Position numbers and translations under genes: made by a program. Under the pieces are notes generated by a model, which did not search any database, was not told the origin of the DNA, and saw nothing but the letters and a program-made list of their open reading frames with translations. A stretch of 64,000 bases of DNA from the NCBI GenBank assembly GCA_043800345.1, contig JAZDNB010000009.1:27340-91339 (forward strand), written 5' to 3'. Numbering within the stretch: position 1 is the stretch's first letter; every line of letters begins with the position of its first letter. The stretch comes from Candidatus Omnitrophota bacterium. Its GTDB lineage: Bacteria > Omnitrophota > Gorgyraeia > VGKN01. Positions 1 to 15,200 of the stretch are shown here, piece by piece.

Positions 1-245
1 TAGGGGTAAACATAGATACGAGGGCACCGCCAACGAGGCAAGCCATCGTAAAGCTCCTCGGACCTCTTTCTAACATCATCCTCCTTAGCCTATCCTCATA
101 CCTCCTTGCCAATACCCAGCTCTCAGGGTTCCTCGGCGCTCTCACTATCTGGGTGGTTATCTCTTCAGCGTTCAGCATCGTTGCCTCAGTACGCGGCTAT
201 ACTACCTATAAGACAGGCGACCTCTACGAGGCGGTAGAGCTGCTC
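1..245 (+). repeat. Copy 1 (3' portion only) of the hydrophobic module. The window opens inside this repeat.
   Basis: Encodes GVNIDTRAPPTRQAIVKLLGPLSNIILLSLSSYLLANTQLSGFLGALTIWVVISSAFSIVASVRGYTTYKTGDLYEA. Aligns to 12328-12575 and 14455-14700. Confidence 0.85.
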
Positions 246-3200
246 AGTCAGAAAGACATATCTCCACCAGAAGACACGGTATCAAAACTCGAAAAACTAC
301 CGGAAGTTTTGGTTTCTGCCCAGGATTTTATTAGCGGTGAACATGATGATAATATAGCGAATGATGTTAACACATTATTAGAATCGTATAAGTCTTTTCC
401 GGTATTGGCTGTTATAAGCCTTGTATTGGTACATCTACGTGCACAAGGGCTTAATAAAACAGAATTTTTAAAATCACCCATCGGAAGAAAATTATTATTG
501 AGCAACAGCCAGTTAGATTTCATTTTAGAAATAGCCCGCTTGGGTCTCATAGATAACCTTGAGCAAAAACTTGCCCCGGAGAATGAGAATGCCTTGCTTG
601 AGGCATTACAAAGGCTTTCTGCTATGACAGGAGGCCAAATTTCTATAAATGAGATTTTTGAAAGCATAATTATAGCTTTTAAAATTGAACAGATGAATTT
701 TGGTATTGAAAAAGGTAATTACCGTTCTTCTTTGATAAAAAGGTCAAGGTCTAAAGATAGACATGTTGAAATACCTCTTGCAACAAAGGGGTATTACAAG
801 TTTTTAAAGCGTCTAAGGAGAGAGAAGGTAAATAATATCGTTACCGAGAGATATGTAGCGATGATGGTAGATTTTGATGACACGATAACGCTCGATATGA
901 TAGCAGAGGAATTGAGAAAAGGACATAGGCTTGCCGTTAATACGGCACGAACGGCAGTAAATCTGTATTTGTTCCAGGCGTTACTTGATAAATATGGACT
1001 TACCGAGGAACAGAAAGGGTATCTCACCATATATATGGATATGGGAGCACGGAAATTTACTTATTCGAACAAACAATTTATTGAATCAGAAGAATTTAGG
1101 GCATATTGGTCTGATCATGAGCTACTGGGATACGGAGAAATTTGGGTTGCCCTGCAGAGTACCCTGGAAATGAACGGTTACTCAGGTGATCTTATTACGC
1201 AAACAGCTCCTTATAAATTATATGTTGATATAGGAAAAGATACACCAGGTTCTGTTGCAGAGTTAACCAAAAAGTCCGACTCTATCGCTCGGGACCTACA
1301 GAATAATTTAAGGAAACTTGGATATAATCTCACGGTTATAAGGGCAGGAGATTCAAAGATTATTATTTATCCTGCAGGTATAAATAAACAACGCGCAGCA
1401 GTAGACTATGCCTCATCCCTCGGAGTTTCTCAGGATAAAATTCTTAAACTTGATGACCGCGGGGCAAGCTGTTTTAATAACGGCTTCAGCCTGGTGATGA
1501 TGCCGGGTGCAATTTGGCTTGATGCGGATACAAGGACCGATTTTGCCATTGTTATTACCCCTTCTGATTTACAGAATGAACTTGGGGGACTAAAAAGAGG
1601 ATATGAGGCGACATCGTCTATCCTTGGAACATTTATTATCCTTTCACAGTTACCAGCAGGTACGGATTCGCAATTTATCTCTCTTGTTAAGGGGTTATAT
1701 TCGTTGGATAGAGAAGTGCGTGCACGTACCATACATATGTTAGCGCGCTATAATACCGAACTAGCTATCAGGTATTTAATCGCCTCATTATATGATGATA
1801 AGCAAACAAGCCAGGTAGCGCTTGATTATCTTATTAATTTGAATGTCGGCGACGGGACAGTTGAACGGTTATTAGTTGAAGCCGTAAATCAACCGGAAAA
1901 GTTTTTAGAATTACCGTATACTCAATGTGCTATTCAGAAGGCAAAGAAGAGATCAGCCTCCAGGGTGATCCGCGGATTAAGCCTTCAGGCATTAGCGCAA
2001 AGAGGTTTGGAATTTGTTGACAGACGATCGCTAGCAATCGATGTTCGTGAAATAATAGAAAAAACCCTTAAGACCGATCCGTGGACATGTGCCCAGGAAA
2101 TTTTGGTGTATGCGCAGACAGGCGCAGAAGGCGTAAAAGAATTTCTTATTGAACTGGCAGCACAGGAAAATGTAGAGATACGTGATGCAGCCCTACAGGG
2201 CCTCCTTTATTTGTTAACGGTTGATGATAAACCTTTCTTTTATAAGGCATATGAAAAATCACGTAATAAAATAATATTTGCATCTGTTGCGGGAAAAGTT
2301 TTTGCAGATGATTTAGACGGGTTTTTATCTATCTTAAAGAAAGCTGAAGATGCATCTGTGCGCAGTGCGCTCATCCGCTCACTAGTTTATTCAAAAGTAG
2401 ATAGTGAGATTATGGGGCAAATGCTGCTTGAGTGGGTGCAAGAAAACAGAGTTGATGAAAAAGAGATAATCGCCGTTGCTTTTATAGCAGGAGAAAGATG
2501 TTTACCGCAGCTAAGCAAACAACTTTTTTCTTATCTTTCAGCAACAGCAAGCGTCGAAATTCGTCTAGCAGTTACTATTGCCCTGCACCAGATTATATCA
2601 GTCTTGCCCGTTTCCCAGAATAATCTAAGAGACGACATAATCTCAGGATTATCGCTCGAAGCAGCTAAGACATTAAGTATTAATCCAGAGTTAAGCTCTT
2701 TTATTACCAGAAGTATCACCGGTTTGTTGGGATATCCTGATGTTTCTACTTTTCCCATAGAGAATTATTCCGAGAAGATGGTGAGAGATATAGAAAAGTT
2801 GTGCAGACAAAACGAATATATACTTTCTGTTCGCCTTGCACCTTCATCGCTGACCAAGGGATATTGGGTACCCGGTTCAGACATAGACCATATTAAAGTA
2901 TATCTTGACGCCCGTGCCGATGTGCAAGAAATTAAAACTTTAAAAGATGCGTTTGTAAGTATATTCAAGAGATACGGGGTATTTTTATCGATTGAACCCG
3001 TGAGAGTTGAAACGGTTACCCCTGATGCAATACCGTCTCCTCAGGATGAAAGTAAAGCCAAATTGGCATTATGGGATAACGGTGTTTTTTATTGGGATTA
3101 TGGAAGTATTTATCAGCTTGGTGAAGATTTTGAGAATTGGCTTTATGAAGGTAGATTTGTAAATCCAAAATTTGAATATCGTATCCTTATGATGTTCTAT

Positions 3201-6200
3201 TTGGGTTATTTAAGCAGGGAAAAAATTGAGCGTATACTCAAAGTCGGCCAGGTTCTTCCGGAAGAACTGGAAATTGTAAGAAGACGTATTCTTAGCACAC
3301 TGGATATACCTATTTCTGCTAACGCGCGCCGTGTATTATCATATCTGCATATTCTGACAATGGCAGGAAGTCTTACTGAAATTTATCCAAAATTGATATT
3401 GCCGGCATATCGTAGAGATTATTTTTTGAAAGGCTTGATTGAATTAGGGAATATCGGGCTGGTAACTTTGGATACCGAATCGGGAATGCTAACCACCCCG
3501 TTTTATCACTATGAAAGTAAGATACAGGTGGTTGATGCGTTACAAGAACCTGGAATCTTGAAATGGTTAAAGGCCCGGATGGAACCGGGGCTCTATGCAC
3601 GGGATATTTGCGTTATGATATCTTCAGTTCAAGAAGCCGACCTTGCTATTAATAAGGCATTAGAAGAAGGTTTACCTCAGGTGCAACTATTTATCTCCCC
3701 GGGTAAGGATTTTGATGCAAAACAGGTCGGACAGATATTAGATTTCATAGATAAACGGCGAGCAGAATTAGAAAATTTCCCAATCCTTGCAGGAATAAAA
3801 CTATCTATTACGCCTGATAGCGATATACTTTCGCTTAGAGAATCGGTAGGAATTGCAAACGGGCCTTTGGTAAAACTCTTGAGGGAAAAACATATGCGCC
3901 TTGACTGTATTTCTTTTTCAAATGTCCGCATCCCGTGGATAGACATTGCTACGCGTACCAATGGGTTGGAAATACTAAGACACAATCTTGACAGCCTCCA
4001 TTTTTTTACGTCCTCTGCCACTATCCATCATCTTGATATCGCGAGGATTGAAATAAGTGCCTCTGAAGTTGAAAAATTAGTTGACTTAATTGATGGGGGA
4101 AAGCTTGAACCTAATAAATTAGAGAAAATATTTGCTATGTTAGCAGAATTCGGTATTCAAGTTGAATTGCCCGAAGCTCGTCTTGGACAAGATAAGGTAA
4201 GTATTTATTTTGAGGAAGTAATCAAAAGTTATAATGCTCGAGCTCCGCCGTCTAGACAGATTCAATTTACGGATTCCTCGCGCCATACAGTAGCACTCCT
4301 CCCTGTAGTAAAACGGCTTGGTGTATTAGAAGAAACCTTGCAGCAGATTTTTGAATCACGTCGGTTGAGCGAACAACTCATAGCATATCTTGATTCATAT
4401 TTAACCGCCCATTATACCCGTTTTGATGGAGATCTCGAGGCCCTTATCACCTCCCTTATCGATTCCTATTCCTTAGAATTAAAAACAGACTTTTCTCAAG
4501 TAATATATACGGGTAGAGAAAAAGGCATAGATCACTCCCTCTGGAACGATATGCCGGAGGAATTACGCAGGGTACTTATAAGGCGTAAATTAGACGGAGC
4601 AGATATAAGTAAAGATATAGCGCATTTCCTCGGAAATATTAAACCGGAAGACATCGAGTGGTTTGACATAGAAGATTTTTCTGTAAGAACACGCCATATC
4701 TATAAAATAAATTATAAAATTCAAGTTAAAATCAAGAATGTTCCAACTCCTATCTCCGTCTTTGTTAAAATCACTACTTCTGCCGAAGAAACATTTTGGG
4801 GTGAAACTGCACAACTATTGGGTTTATCCAACCTAAGGGTCGTTGGCCTCCCCGAGAAAGGAAAAGGTCTCTTGCTTATCGAGGCAGGGCCCGGCAGGAC
4901 TCTTGATGACATTTCAGCCAATGATTTACAAAACCGTGATATTGCCAAGGCAGTATTCTCTGCGTTAGGCTCATATGCGCTCCATGATGTGCTTTCCATA
5001 GGAGATGCCTCTTTAGCCAATAATTTAGTTGGTGAAAATATCAGCAATATCCTCTCAATAGATCATGTTGAGTGCCTGCGTAATGAACTTAATATCGGAG
5101 TCCAGTATAAGGCCGATAGAAGGGGTTTGTATCTGGTTACAAAATTACGCGATACACTTAGCCCTGAAGATATCACAGAATTGCTGGTAGCCTATGAAAA
5201 GTCATATATAGCGTCATATATGCACATTTTAAAGAATGCAGATGATATAGAACGCCTTATCATTAAGTATTTTGGTCAAGATAGCGATGCACTGGGCATA
5301 TTTAGAAAAAATCTTTTGCTCGTAGGATCTGATATTTGCGGATTTTTTGATACAAGCGAGAAAATGATCCTTGCGGATATGCCGATAACCAAGGCAATGG
5401 AACATATCCGAAACAAAGTCACCGATCAGGATCAGGCCCGAATAACAGCGCGGGAGGTTATGAATGAAATGGGACTTACTTCGGAGCTCCATATCAAGTT
5501 AATCAACGATGCATTATTCTCGGAACTATCCATAAAGGATACGCTTAGCCAATTAAGAAGGGTCGATATCTCGCAGCCATCAGGTCAACTGGAAAACTGT
5601 GTTATGAAAATTTTACGTAGGCTTGCAGAAAAACAGCTTTTGCAGGAACCGGAAATAGTGGGGATGTTAGACAACATGATAGCGGAAAATGAGGAGATTG
5701 TGCAACAGCTTAGAGCCGGTAGAAGCACATATGTTCCGCAATTACTCTTAGATCATCAGAGCGTTGAAGATTTAACAAGAGCATTCAATGCTATGGGCAG
5801 TCTTTATGGACGGTTGAGATTTTATAATTGGCGGACCAAAATAGACGAAAGGGGAGGTGTAAATAGAGATTGGGATTTTGAACACGGCAGCATGGAAGAA
5901 TTTGACGAATATCTAAGAGAGAATAATGTCTACTGGGCTTATTATAACAGAACCCATTCCGGTGAACATAAGAGGGATCTGAAAGATCGCGTAAGCGGGC
6001 TTGAAATACCTATTTCCCACCAAAAGGAAGGATTACGCACTATAGCCGATGTTATTAAAAAGACGGTAATAGATTTTATACATCAAAAATACGGCGAAGA
6101 CCTGGACGTTGAAGTAATCAGTATCCGCGTCAACGGAAGCAGATTTTATAAATTATCCACTACTGATAAAGCCGCAGATATAGACAATGTAACGGTAGTG

Positions 6201-9200
6201 ACTGCCAGAAGAGATGGTCAGGAAATTCCGATACGGGATATTATATATGAACTTCCCCTCTCGGCCCGTATACCGGGAATTAATTTAACGGGAATGGCGA
6301 TTACAAGTTCCTATTATGTTAACGGACATTCGCACGATCCTCATACAATGCTTACCTACGTTTCATCTTTGAGATCAGGTATTCCTATAGTAGGTCCCCA
6401 TGCATATCAAAGTACTATGCCCGAAGATATACAACTTTTGGATGTGATTAATCTGATAGGGAGCGGTTCCGATTATCTAAGGAGAGGGCCGGGCTATTAC
6501 CGGAAATGGGTAAATAGAACTGCCGAAGTATATCTAGTACTTTTTAAACTGGGACTGCTGGAGAACTTTGACCTTAACGCCCATACTGCCATGATAGATA
6601 AAATTCATAATGCCATCATTAGTAACGATCAGAAATTCTTAAGTGAATTTCTTGCTTGGGCACAAGGTGAAGAAGAGCATTTGACCGCGCTTGTTATAAA
6701 ACGACTTGAGGAATATTCGCACAGAAGAAAGCTGGTCTTATTAAACGGATTTTATTCAACGGCTGATTCCGAAGAAGCATCTGCCTTACAAGATACCCTA
6801 AGAAGTTTAAATAGCGAGTTTGACGATATACAATCTGCGCACAAAGAGATTCCCGTAACAGAACATTATTGGAGCGGTTGGCATCATAGGTTGCACCGTT
6901 GCTATGATGATACGGCTTCACTCGAATCTCACAAAGAACTTTTGGCCGCAGAAGATAAAACATTTGATATCACTTTAGCGCAGAAAAGTCCATATGGAGA
7001 TATTTTAAATGCCCTTTTTGAACGTTATGCTTTAACAACCGGTATAGCCGGAATTATGTTTTCTTCGCAAGAGGCATGGGCATATTCGATTTATCTTGCA
7101 TTAGCGAAAAATCCACATACCCCCGTTACATTATTAAGACAAATTTATAACGTGGTAGAGGCCATGAAGGAAGGAGGGCGAAATGTGCTCGCGCCTTCCT
7201 CCGTCTTCTACCAGATTGAACTTGCCTTGGCAAACAATGTAAATATTGATACCAAACTGCTTAAAAAAATTGCAAATGCCAATTTACCTGATAGTGAAAT
7301 TGGTATAGCTGCACAAAAGACATTAAAAATTAGAGCAGCAGCCAAAGAATTGGCCAAAAGCAACAATTTGCTAATCGCCTATCGTGCAGCAAAAAAACTG
7401 CAGGATTATGGAAGTGTCGTGTCGCCCCTGCTTGTACGCATGATTAGAAATATAAATCCAAAAGATATGTTTACGCCTTTATTGGCAACCAGGATTTTGG
7501 GTACTGTCGGTGATGTAACGGCAACCAGTACTTTAATCGATTTATTAAACCAAGCGTCAAATCATTATTTGGGGAAAGACCACAAAGAAGCCCTGGGATA
7601 TTTTGCCGCAGAGGCGCTCGGCAATATTGGTGATGATAGAGCAATAACCGTCTTATTCAGTCATCTAGGATTTTTCCGATATGACGATGCAATAAGGAGG
7701 GCGACCCATTCGCCGGTTGCCTTTGCCGCAACGCAATCATTGCTTAAAATGAATAAAGATCCTGAAATGACCTCCGCTATTAATCAAAAAGTAATTAGGT
7801 ATATACACGATATTTTAACGTATGATGGAGATATGAATACAAATAACATGGAATATATAGAATTTTGCTATCGCAGCCAAAATATAGTGTACCTTTTAGC
7901 ACGCCTTGACATGGATAGACAGGAAAAAATAACCCTGTTAAAAAAGGTTATTGAAAAAACATCCGAGGTAATGATGCCGGATCTTCTGATGATAGAGATA
8001 ATGCATGAGGCAATTTCCGCACTCGGTGAGCTTAAGGCCGAAGAATGCGTGCCGCTTTTAATAGCGACTTTCTATGACAAACGTGCTCCTCCGGAAGTCA
8101 GAGCAGAAATTATCGAGGCGCTAGGAGATATTGGAACTACTGTGGCAGCAGAATTTATAAAAAATATTGCAGCGACACATGAAAAGAAACCCAAGCCGCA
8201 AGTAAATGTGGACCCGGAACGACTTGTTTATAATGCACTCAGCAGGACAATGCTTCGTTTAGATGCCCGCCAGCATAAAGTTACCGAAGACCACGGTTTA
8301 AAAATTTGGCATGCAAGTTTTCATGGATTGTATGATAGCGGCATCAGGGGGTTAGGTTTCCCCGATGGTGGCGGACAAATTTATTATCACATCTCAGTTG
8401 CTAAACAACTTGGCATGCTCGATGAAGATTTAGAGGTAAGGTCGCTTGTACGCGCAAGCGGTAGTCAGGATTGGGATATAAATGTTGATTTTGGTGCGCC
8501 TATTGACAGACTAAGTGCCCGTGCCGAATTAGACAGGATACCATTTGGCCCGGACGGCGTTATCAATAGGTATGACCTTTGGCACTTTATGGATGATTTT
8601 GACAGGAATATGACAAGATATATGGAATATGCCGGTATGCCGGATGTACTCCATATACATTCAGCTGATGCAGGAACTCTAGCGCTCGCACGATGGGCAA
8701 AATCCCATAATATCCCTGTCGTATTCGTTGTTCACTCTCCGGGACTCGTTAAACTCGAAGCCCTTACCGCATCGCGCTTACCTATATTACGAACAATAGG
8801 TGAGGATCCGCGCAGAGAATTCTTGGGGCTTAAAGAATCAATGGAATTAATAATGAGAATCGAGGCTGAAAATGAATTCTTGGAACTCTCCGATAAAGTC
8901 GTAACCTATACTGATCATGAAATTCGGGAACAATGGAAAGGCTATCCTGCCTATGAAGCCGCAATTAGAGCAAATAAGTTTTACACAATATACCCGGGTA
9001 TTGACCATGATGTTTTTAAACCCACCTCTGCCTTGACTCCTGAGGAATTGGAACGGACGAAACCTGTCAGAGACAGGATAATCAACGAGATAAGAAGGCA
9101 GATTAAAGAGGCAGGTATAATAGGGCCCGTATTTTCCATAGGGACTCTGGCTCGATTAGTCCAGAGGAAGAATTTTGAAGGTTTGGTTGAATCCTGGACA

Positions 9201-12200
9201 CAGTCAAGCGTACTGGTAAATAATAGCGTTATATTTATAGCGGGTGGTTCTGCGGATGTGCTTATGAAAGGGGAGACAACCGAGGCTCTGCGCGGAACAG
9301 AAAAAGAGATTTACCGCTCAATGGTTGAAAATGCTCGTAGAGTTCAGACCGAAGACGGACAGGACGCATCTAAACGGTTGATATTCTTAGGAAATTTAGA
9401 GCATGAGACCGACGTACCCGAATATATGCGTATTCTTGCCGATGGTATCCCGCAAGAAGGAGTAGAGCACCCGCGGCCCGATCATCCGGAGGATTGGGCG
9501 GTGTATCCTTACGGCGTATTTATCAATCCGGCTTTATATGAACCGTTTGGCTTTACACTTCTTGAATCAGCTGCCTGCGGTGCCATACCGATTATGACCG
9601 CTAACGGTGGCGCTATAGAAGTTATCGATGAAGCTGTAAACGGATTTATCGTCAATCCTTCCGCACCCGAGAGTATCAGAAGAGCATTGCTCACCGTATT
9701 TTTCTCTTCCAATAGACAGACGATGAGTGAGGCGGCTATAACCAATGTAGAGCGTAACTTTTCATGGCCTCGACATGCAAGGGAAACTTTAAAGGTATAT
9801 AGAACCGTTACGGGAGAAGAAACGGAGGTAGCGGAATCCCTTGTCCAAAAAACATTTGATTATTATGATTCTTTTATAGCAGCGCCACAATATGTTGTGT
9901 CAGAAACTACTTTTACTCCGGAAGCGAAGATAGATGTATTGTTGGTTGAACCGCAGGATTTTGTAGACACGGCAGTTGCAATAGGAAAAGATATAATAGG
10001 CAGGTTCTCCGATCGCAGTTTAAGAGAGAAGATAGAAGAATACCGAAAGAGGGAAGTTAGAGAAAGAGTAAATCATGAAATCTTGAGAGCAGAAAGTATT
10101 TTCCAAGAGGCAGAGCGTATCAGGAGTGAAAATCCGGACAGCAGGGGTGCAGAAGAATTTGTTAAGAAAACCATTAGTTTGTATGCCCAAGCAGAAAATA
10201 TATATGCGAAGATCGGCGTGGCATTAAGATCTCCCGATGATATTATATCAAGACAGCAACAAATAGCACGGCTTAGAGAAAGCTATATCGTTACCTCAGG
10301 CTATGAGGATACAAGGCCTGATCAAATATGGTATGTTACCTGCTGCGACAGAGATATCGAGCCTCTTCTAGGGAGTTATCTTGAAGAATTAAAACTGTGG
10401 GGTTTCGGAGGAGACAGGATATATGATCCTATAGAGGGAGGAACTTATTATAAAAAAGTTGAGATAGCCATTTTTGAAGATAGCACTGACGAAACGATTA
10501 TTAACAAAAATTTAGCCATAATTGAAAAATATAGAAGTCTGGGGTTGAAAATCAGGTATTGCGGAATCGAAGATTCTTTAGTGAAAGATGCTCCCGAACT
10601 CGGCCCAAGAGACCGTGTTAGAAAACAGTTATGGTATACAAGCCAGAGAGATATTATCAGGTTTTTTGGTAAAGAGCGTGCATTAAGACTGCTGGGGATG
10701 TCGCCAGAGAAATTTGATCTGCCGGCAGAAAGACAGATTACAGAGACAGGGCGCAGAGGTTATGGCAATGCGAGAGAAGGGGTGCGGTTATGGGCGTTAT
10801 ATGAATATAATCGTATGCCTCATAATGTGCTTTTGGGTAGCATAGACGATGATGAGCCTATCGGTCAAATAATTCAGTCAGCAAGCGGCTACAAGGTACT
10901 AAGGCATGCAACTAACTGGTTTAATAACTATGGGAGAATGTTTGAGCGCTATCCCGACATTTCCATACTCTCCGGTAACGTTACGGGCGATAGCGCAATC
11001 GAAGGCGTTGCCCCAAATATTTTTGTTAAGACCTGCAGCCACTTATTGACATTGCTTGACTTTGCCTCGTTTCGTTCGCCACATGATGCTTGGCCTGCTG
11101 AAGACGATATAAGAGAATTATATAGAGCCCAGGCACCAAATCCTGCTTATGGGCTTAATCCCACAGCGCATGCGCATATTAATGAAAATATGGCAGCGCG
11201 GAAATATGCTCAGGCAACCAAGAAACAGTATCGTTTCCCAATCCCAGAACAAGGGCAACTGACGTTAGGTGAACAATTGAGGATGATTTTAGAAGACATA
11301 AATTCTGTATATTTTGGAAGATGGCTTACGAGGCCTATTCTTTATAGACATGGGGGAGTAGTAATCGGAGCCCAAGATGAGCCCATTCCTTATATAAGAA
11401 AAGCGCCTGAAGGTCCGGTCATGGGCGGCCTTCTTTTAATGCGGAAAGATGCTTTTGTCTCATGGCCTTTGCCAAAAGGCGGTTTTCATGATTTACGTTA
11501 TGCAAGTCCTACACATCTGCGCCTACTCCCGAAGTTCGGATTCCCCGTGCATGGAGTTTTTATGCCTGCGCGTCATCAAAGGACACAGGAATATCGTTTT
11601 GATCTAATGCAGAGCGAGGAAATGCTCGATTTTCAAAAAAAGATAAATTATGGATTGGAAGATGAAATTGGTAACAGGTTATTTTTTGCAATGCTAGATT
11701 TTTATCATATTGATAGCGCTGAAGGTTTACAGACCATGCCGTTTGATGCATCGGTATTTGCTCGAGAACACCCGGAGATTTACGATAGAATTGTGAAAGA
11801 TGCCGTACGCACTCAAATTACAAATATAAAAGAAATTAATCGGCTTGTCGGCTTACTTAAGGCGATGTTTAACCAGCAATATTGGTGGCAACTGGATTCG
11901 AATTTTACGCAGGCCATAACAGAGTTAAAACGATTTGTAGCTATAGCAGAGGCAAATTATGGAACATACGATATTACGGATCTTAACGTACGGATTAGAC
12001 ACTATATGGAAGAAACAGGATTTGCAGCTTTAACCGCATATCTTAACGGAATGCGTGACGGGATTGAGGTAGTGCATTCTGTTATTTCAGAAAAGATTAC
12101 ACTTCCTCCGGTAAAGTCTGTTTCCGAACTACCTATATCGGAACCGCAAACCCAATCCACCCTTGCCAATTTCTTCACCTACGCCCTGAAAGGTAAGTTT

Positions 12201-15200
12201 ACCGTCTTAAACTGGATAACGAGGATACTGGGACTACCCGCCATAGTTATGGAAGAACTCATCTCCCATTATCTTATCGGTAATTTCTTTGCACGGGTAC
12301 ATCTCCAGAGCCCAACCTTGAGCTATGTAGGGGTAAACATCGATACAAGAGCACCTCCTCTGCGTCAAGCCATCGTAAAGCTCCTCGGACCTCTTTCTAA
12401 CATCATTCTCCTTAGCCTATCCGCATACCTCTTATCTTCTACCCATCTTTCCGGGCTCCTTAGCGTAATTACCGCCTGGTCTTTAGTTGCCTCAGTACTC
12501 AGCATCGTTGCCTCAGTGCGCGGCTACGCTACCTATAAGACAGGCGACCTCTATGAGGCGGCGCAGCTCTTAAAAGGGAAATACCCAAGACTTATTTCTT
12601 TCCTGGGAATTGAAGAAAGCCGCCTGCTTAGCACACTTTCTAAAATTTCTATTACGTGTGCAATAGCGGCAGTCGTTACCCTTTATTCATTCTTCCGTGT
12701 TAATATCTTCTCCTCTTATACGCGCCCTATAGTCGGAGCGGATGTTTTTATATCTTTCCTGGCCGTTGCTGCATGGTTAATGTGGGTCCGCGAAATCTTT
12801 AATACTATATTTAACAGGGCATTATACATCTTGCGTAAGGGAATTCCCGAACTTACCAGAAGATCTCTTGTTGTTCTTATTGCTACAGGCATTATTGTTA
12901 TGACAAGCGTACTGGCTCCTTTCACCCCGACACTTAACTCAGACACATCTTATATGGCTAGTACGAGTACCCCCCTGGTTCAAAAAAATAATTTTGCCCA
13001 GCTCCCCAGTCAGCGCCTTCCAATAATTCAGGTGACGCCGGAGCTATATCGTGCGCCCGCAGCGCAAGAAGCACTGAGACAGATCACAAAAGAAGAACAG
13101 ACGACCCTTAACGTTATTTTCTCCGAATATGTTGCCCTAAAGAATACGCTAAGAAATAACGGGATAACACAAGAAGAAATCAATGCGCAGGCCGCCCGTT
13201 TTCTTACATCTCAGCTTAGCGCCAGGTGCCCAAGGCTTTATCCTCTATACCGGGAATTTGAAAGACTGTGTACGCGCTATGGCGAAGAAGGGCGCGTTCT
13301 CTTAGCGCTTGGTGCCGGAAGGGATCCTATTTTTGCCCCCCTTATCTCATTTTTTTCCGGTTATCTCGGATTTGGAAAGTATATCAAAGGCGAAGTTCCT
13401 ACTCATGCGGCATTAGTCTCATTAACAGGAGAGGGTAGTCCCATCATGTATGAGATGATACCGGGAAAAGACGTACGCGCTACCTCATTGATCGAATTTT
13501 TCATGCGGTATCCAACCGCGCAGTTATATCTCTTCCCGAAGACCGATACGACGTTGTTTGACGAATTATCCGTTTATTTACAACAACAGGTGGGGGCTAA
13601 GTCAGCATTCGGATATTTCAGCTGGGTTAACGGAAGATTTTTCGGAGGTTATTGCAGTGAATTTATTTATTCAGTGCTTATCAAGATATTTGGAAGTCAT
13701 TTTTCCATAGCACTTCCCGCATATCCACCTACAAACGGATGGTTGTTTTTTAGTCCTTTTGTGATGGGCTCAAAGATCATCTCGCCTCTGCAGCTGGGAG
13801 GATTAACAATTGACGGTAAGCCGCTCCAGCTTATATTTGAAGGTCCCGGATTTAGCGAGACTGTTGCTGCTGCCTTAGTAAGAAATATAGGTAACCTATT
13901 TATATGGGCAGGAAATCGCCTCATCAATGTAGTTAACAATACTGTCAGTCCGGTCTTCCAGCAGGTCCTGTTGTTTGTAGCAACAGGCGTTATACCTTTA
14001 CTGGTATTAGCAAAGAGAAGATTATTTTCATCCCGCCCCGCGCAAGAAACAACAAATGAGGCAGAAGCCGAAGGGCTAACTCTTCGAGAAAAATTAGAAA
14101 TAATCAGCGGAGTCTCCTTCATAGAGATTTTAGTAATTAAACTTTTATCCAACTATGTCGCCATCCCCCTTGCAATAGCGATACCGCTTTTGGCTTCTTT
14201 CATTTTATATGCAGCAGTAAAAAGAATCCCTCTTGAAACACAGGAAGATGCGCGGGATATTGATAAACGCGATACTACCCAATCCGCCCTTGCCAATTTC
14301 TTCACCTACGCCCTGAAAGGTAAGTTTACCGTCTTAAACTGGATAACGAGGATAGTGGGACTACCCGCCATAGTGATAGAGGAGGTCATCTCCCACTATC
14401 TTATCGGTAATCTCTTCGCACGGGTACGTCTGCAGAGACCGACCTTAGGCTATGTAGGGGTAAGCATCGATACGAGGGCACCGCCAACAAGGCAAGCCAT
14501 CGTAAAGCTTCTCGGTCCTCTTTCTAACATCATCCTCCTTGGCCTCTCCGCATACCTCCTTGCCAATACCCAGCTCTCGGGGCTCTTGAGCGCTCTCACT
14601 ATCTGGGCAGTTATCTCTTCAGCGCTCAGCATCGTTGCCTCACTACGCGGCTACACTACCTATAAGACAGGTGACCTCTATGAGGCGGCGCAGCTACTTA
14701 GGAAGACCAAAAAGCAACTTGAGCTGTCAGCAGATGATGAAATAATGCTAGGTACCATGACTCACGGGTGGGGTACCGGCATAAGATGGATGGTAGAGAA
14801 AGAGTCGATACGAGACCTGTGGACAATATCCAAACAATTTGAATTCCAGTTTGGCAATCTAAAAAAACGTTTTCTAAAAACCGAACATGCAAAACTATCT
14901 CCCTATGAACAGAAAATTTTCGATAAATTGGGAGAGCTCTACGTAGCGCTTACCGCATATAAACCTTCTTCGGTAACAATAGGAAAAGCGCTGGAAGGAA
15001 TTCTCAGCGAAGCAAGACGTCAGGAAGGAATTGACATTGCCGAACTCGGGGCTGCCCTAACAGAACTAGAGCAACGTTACGCAAATATTGAGAATGAATT
15101 TAAGCAACAGAAAACCCATGAAGAAATCGCCGCTAACCTCAAACAGGCAATGGCAGCGGCGCTACGTGCTATGATGCCCGGAACCCTGCAAGAAGAAATC

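Noticed and set aside
153-155. ATG at 153 as the true start codon of giant gene 1
   Set aside because: Frame 3 is open from nt 3, and the upstream 150 nt encode the conserved repeat-module sequence. So the gene continues upstream of the window, and 153 is just the first in-frame Met.
1-14700. Repeat copies as a CRISPR array, IS element or transposon ends
   Set aside because: There are three copies of about 420 nt separated by 2-12 kb. All are in-frame coding sequence with conserved protein sequence. There are no short regular spacers and no transposase, so these are intragenic module duplications.
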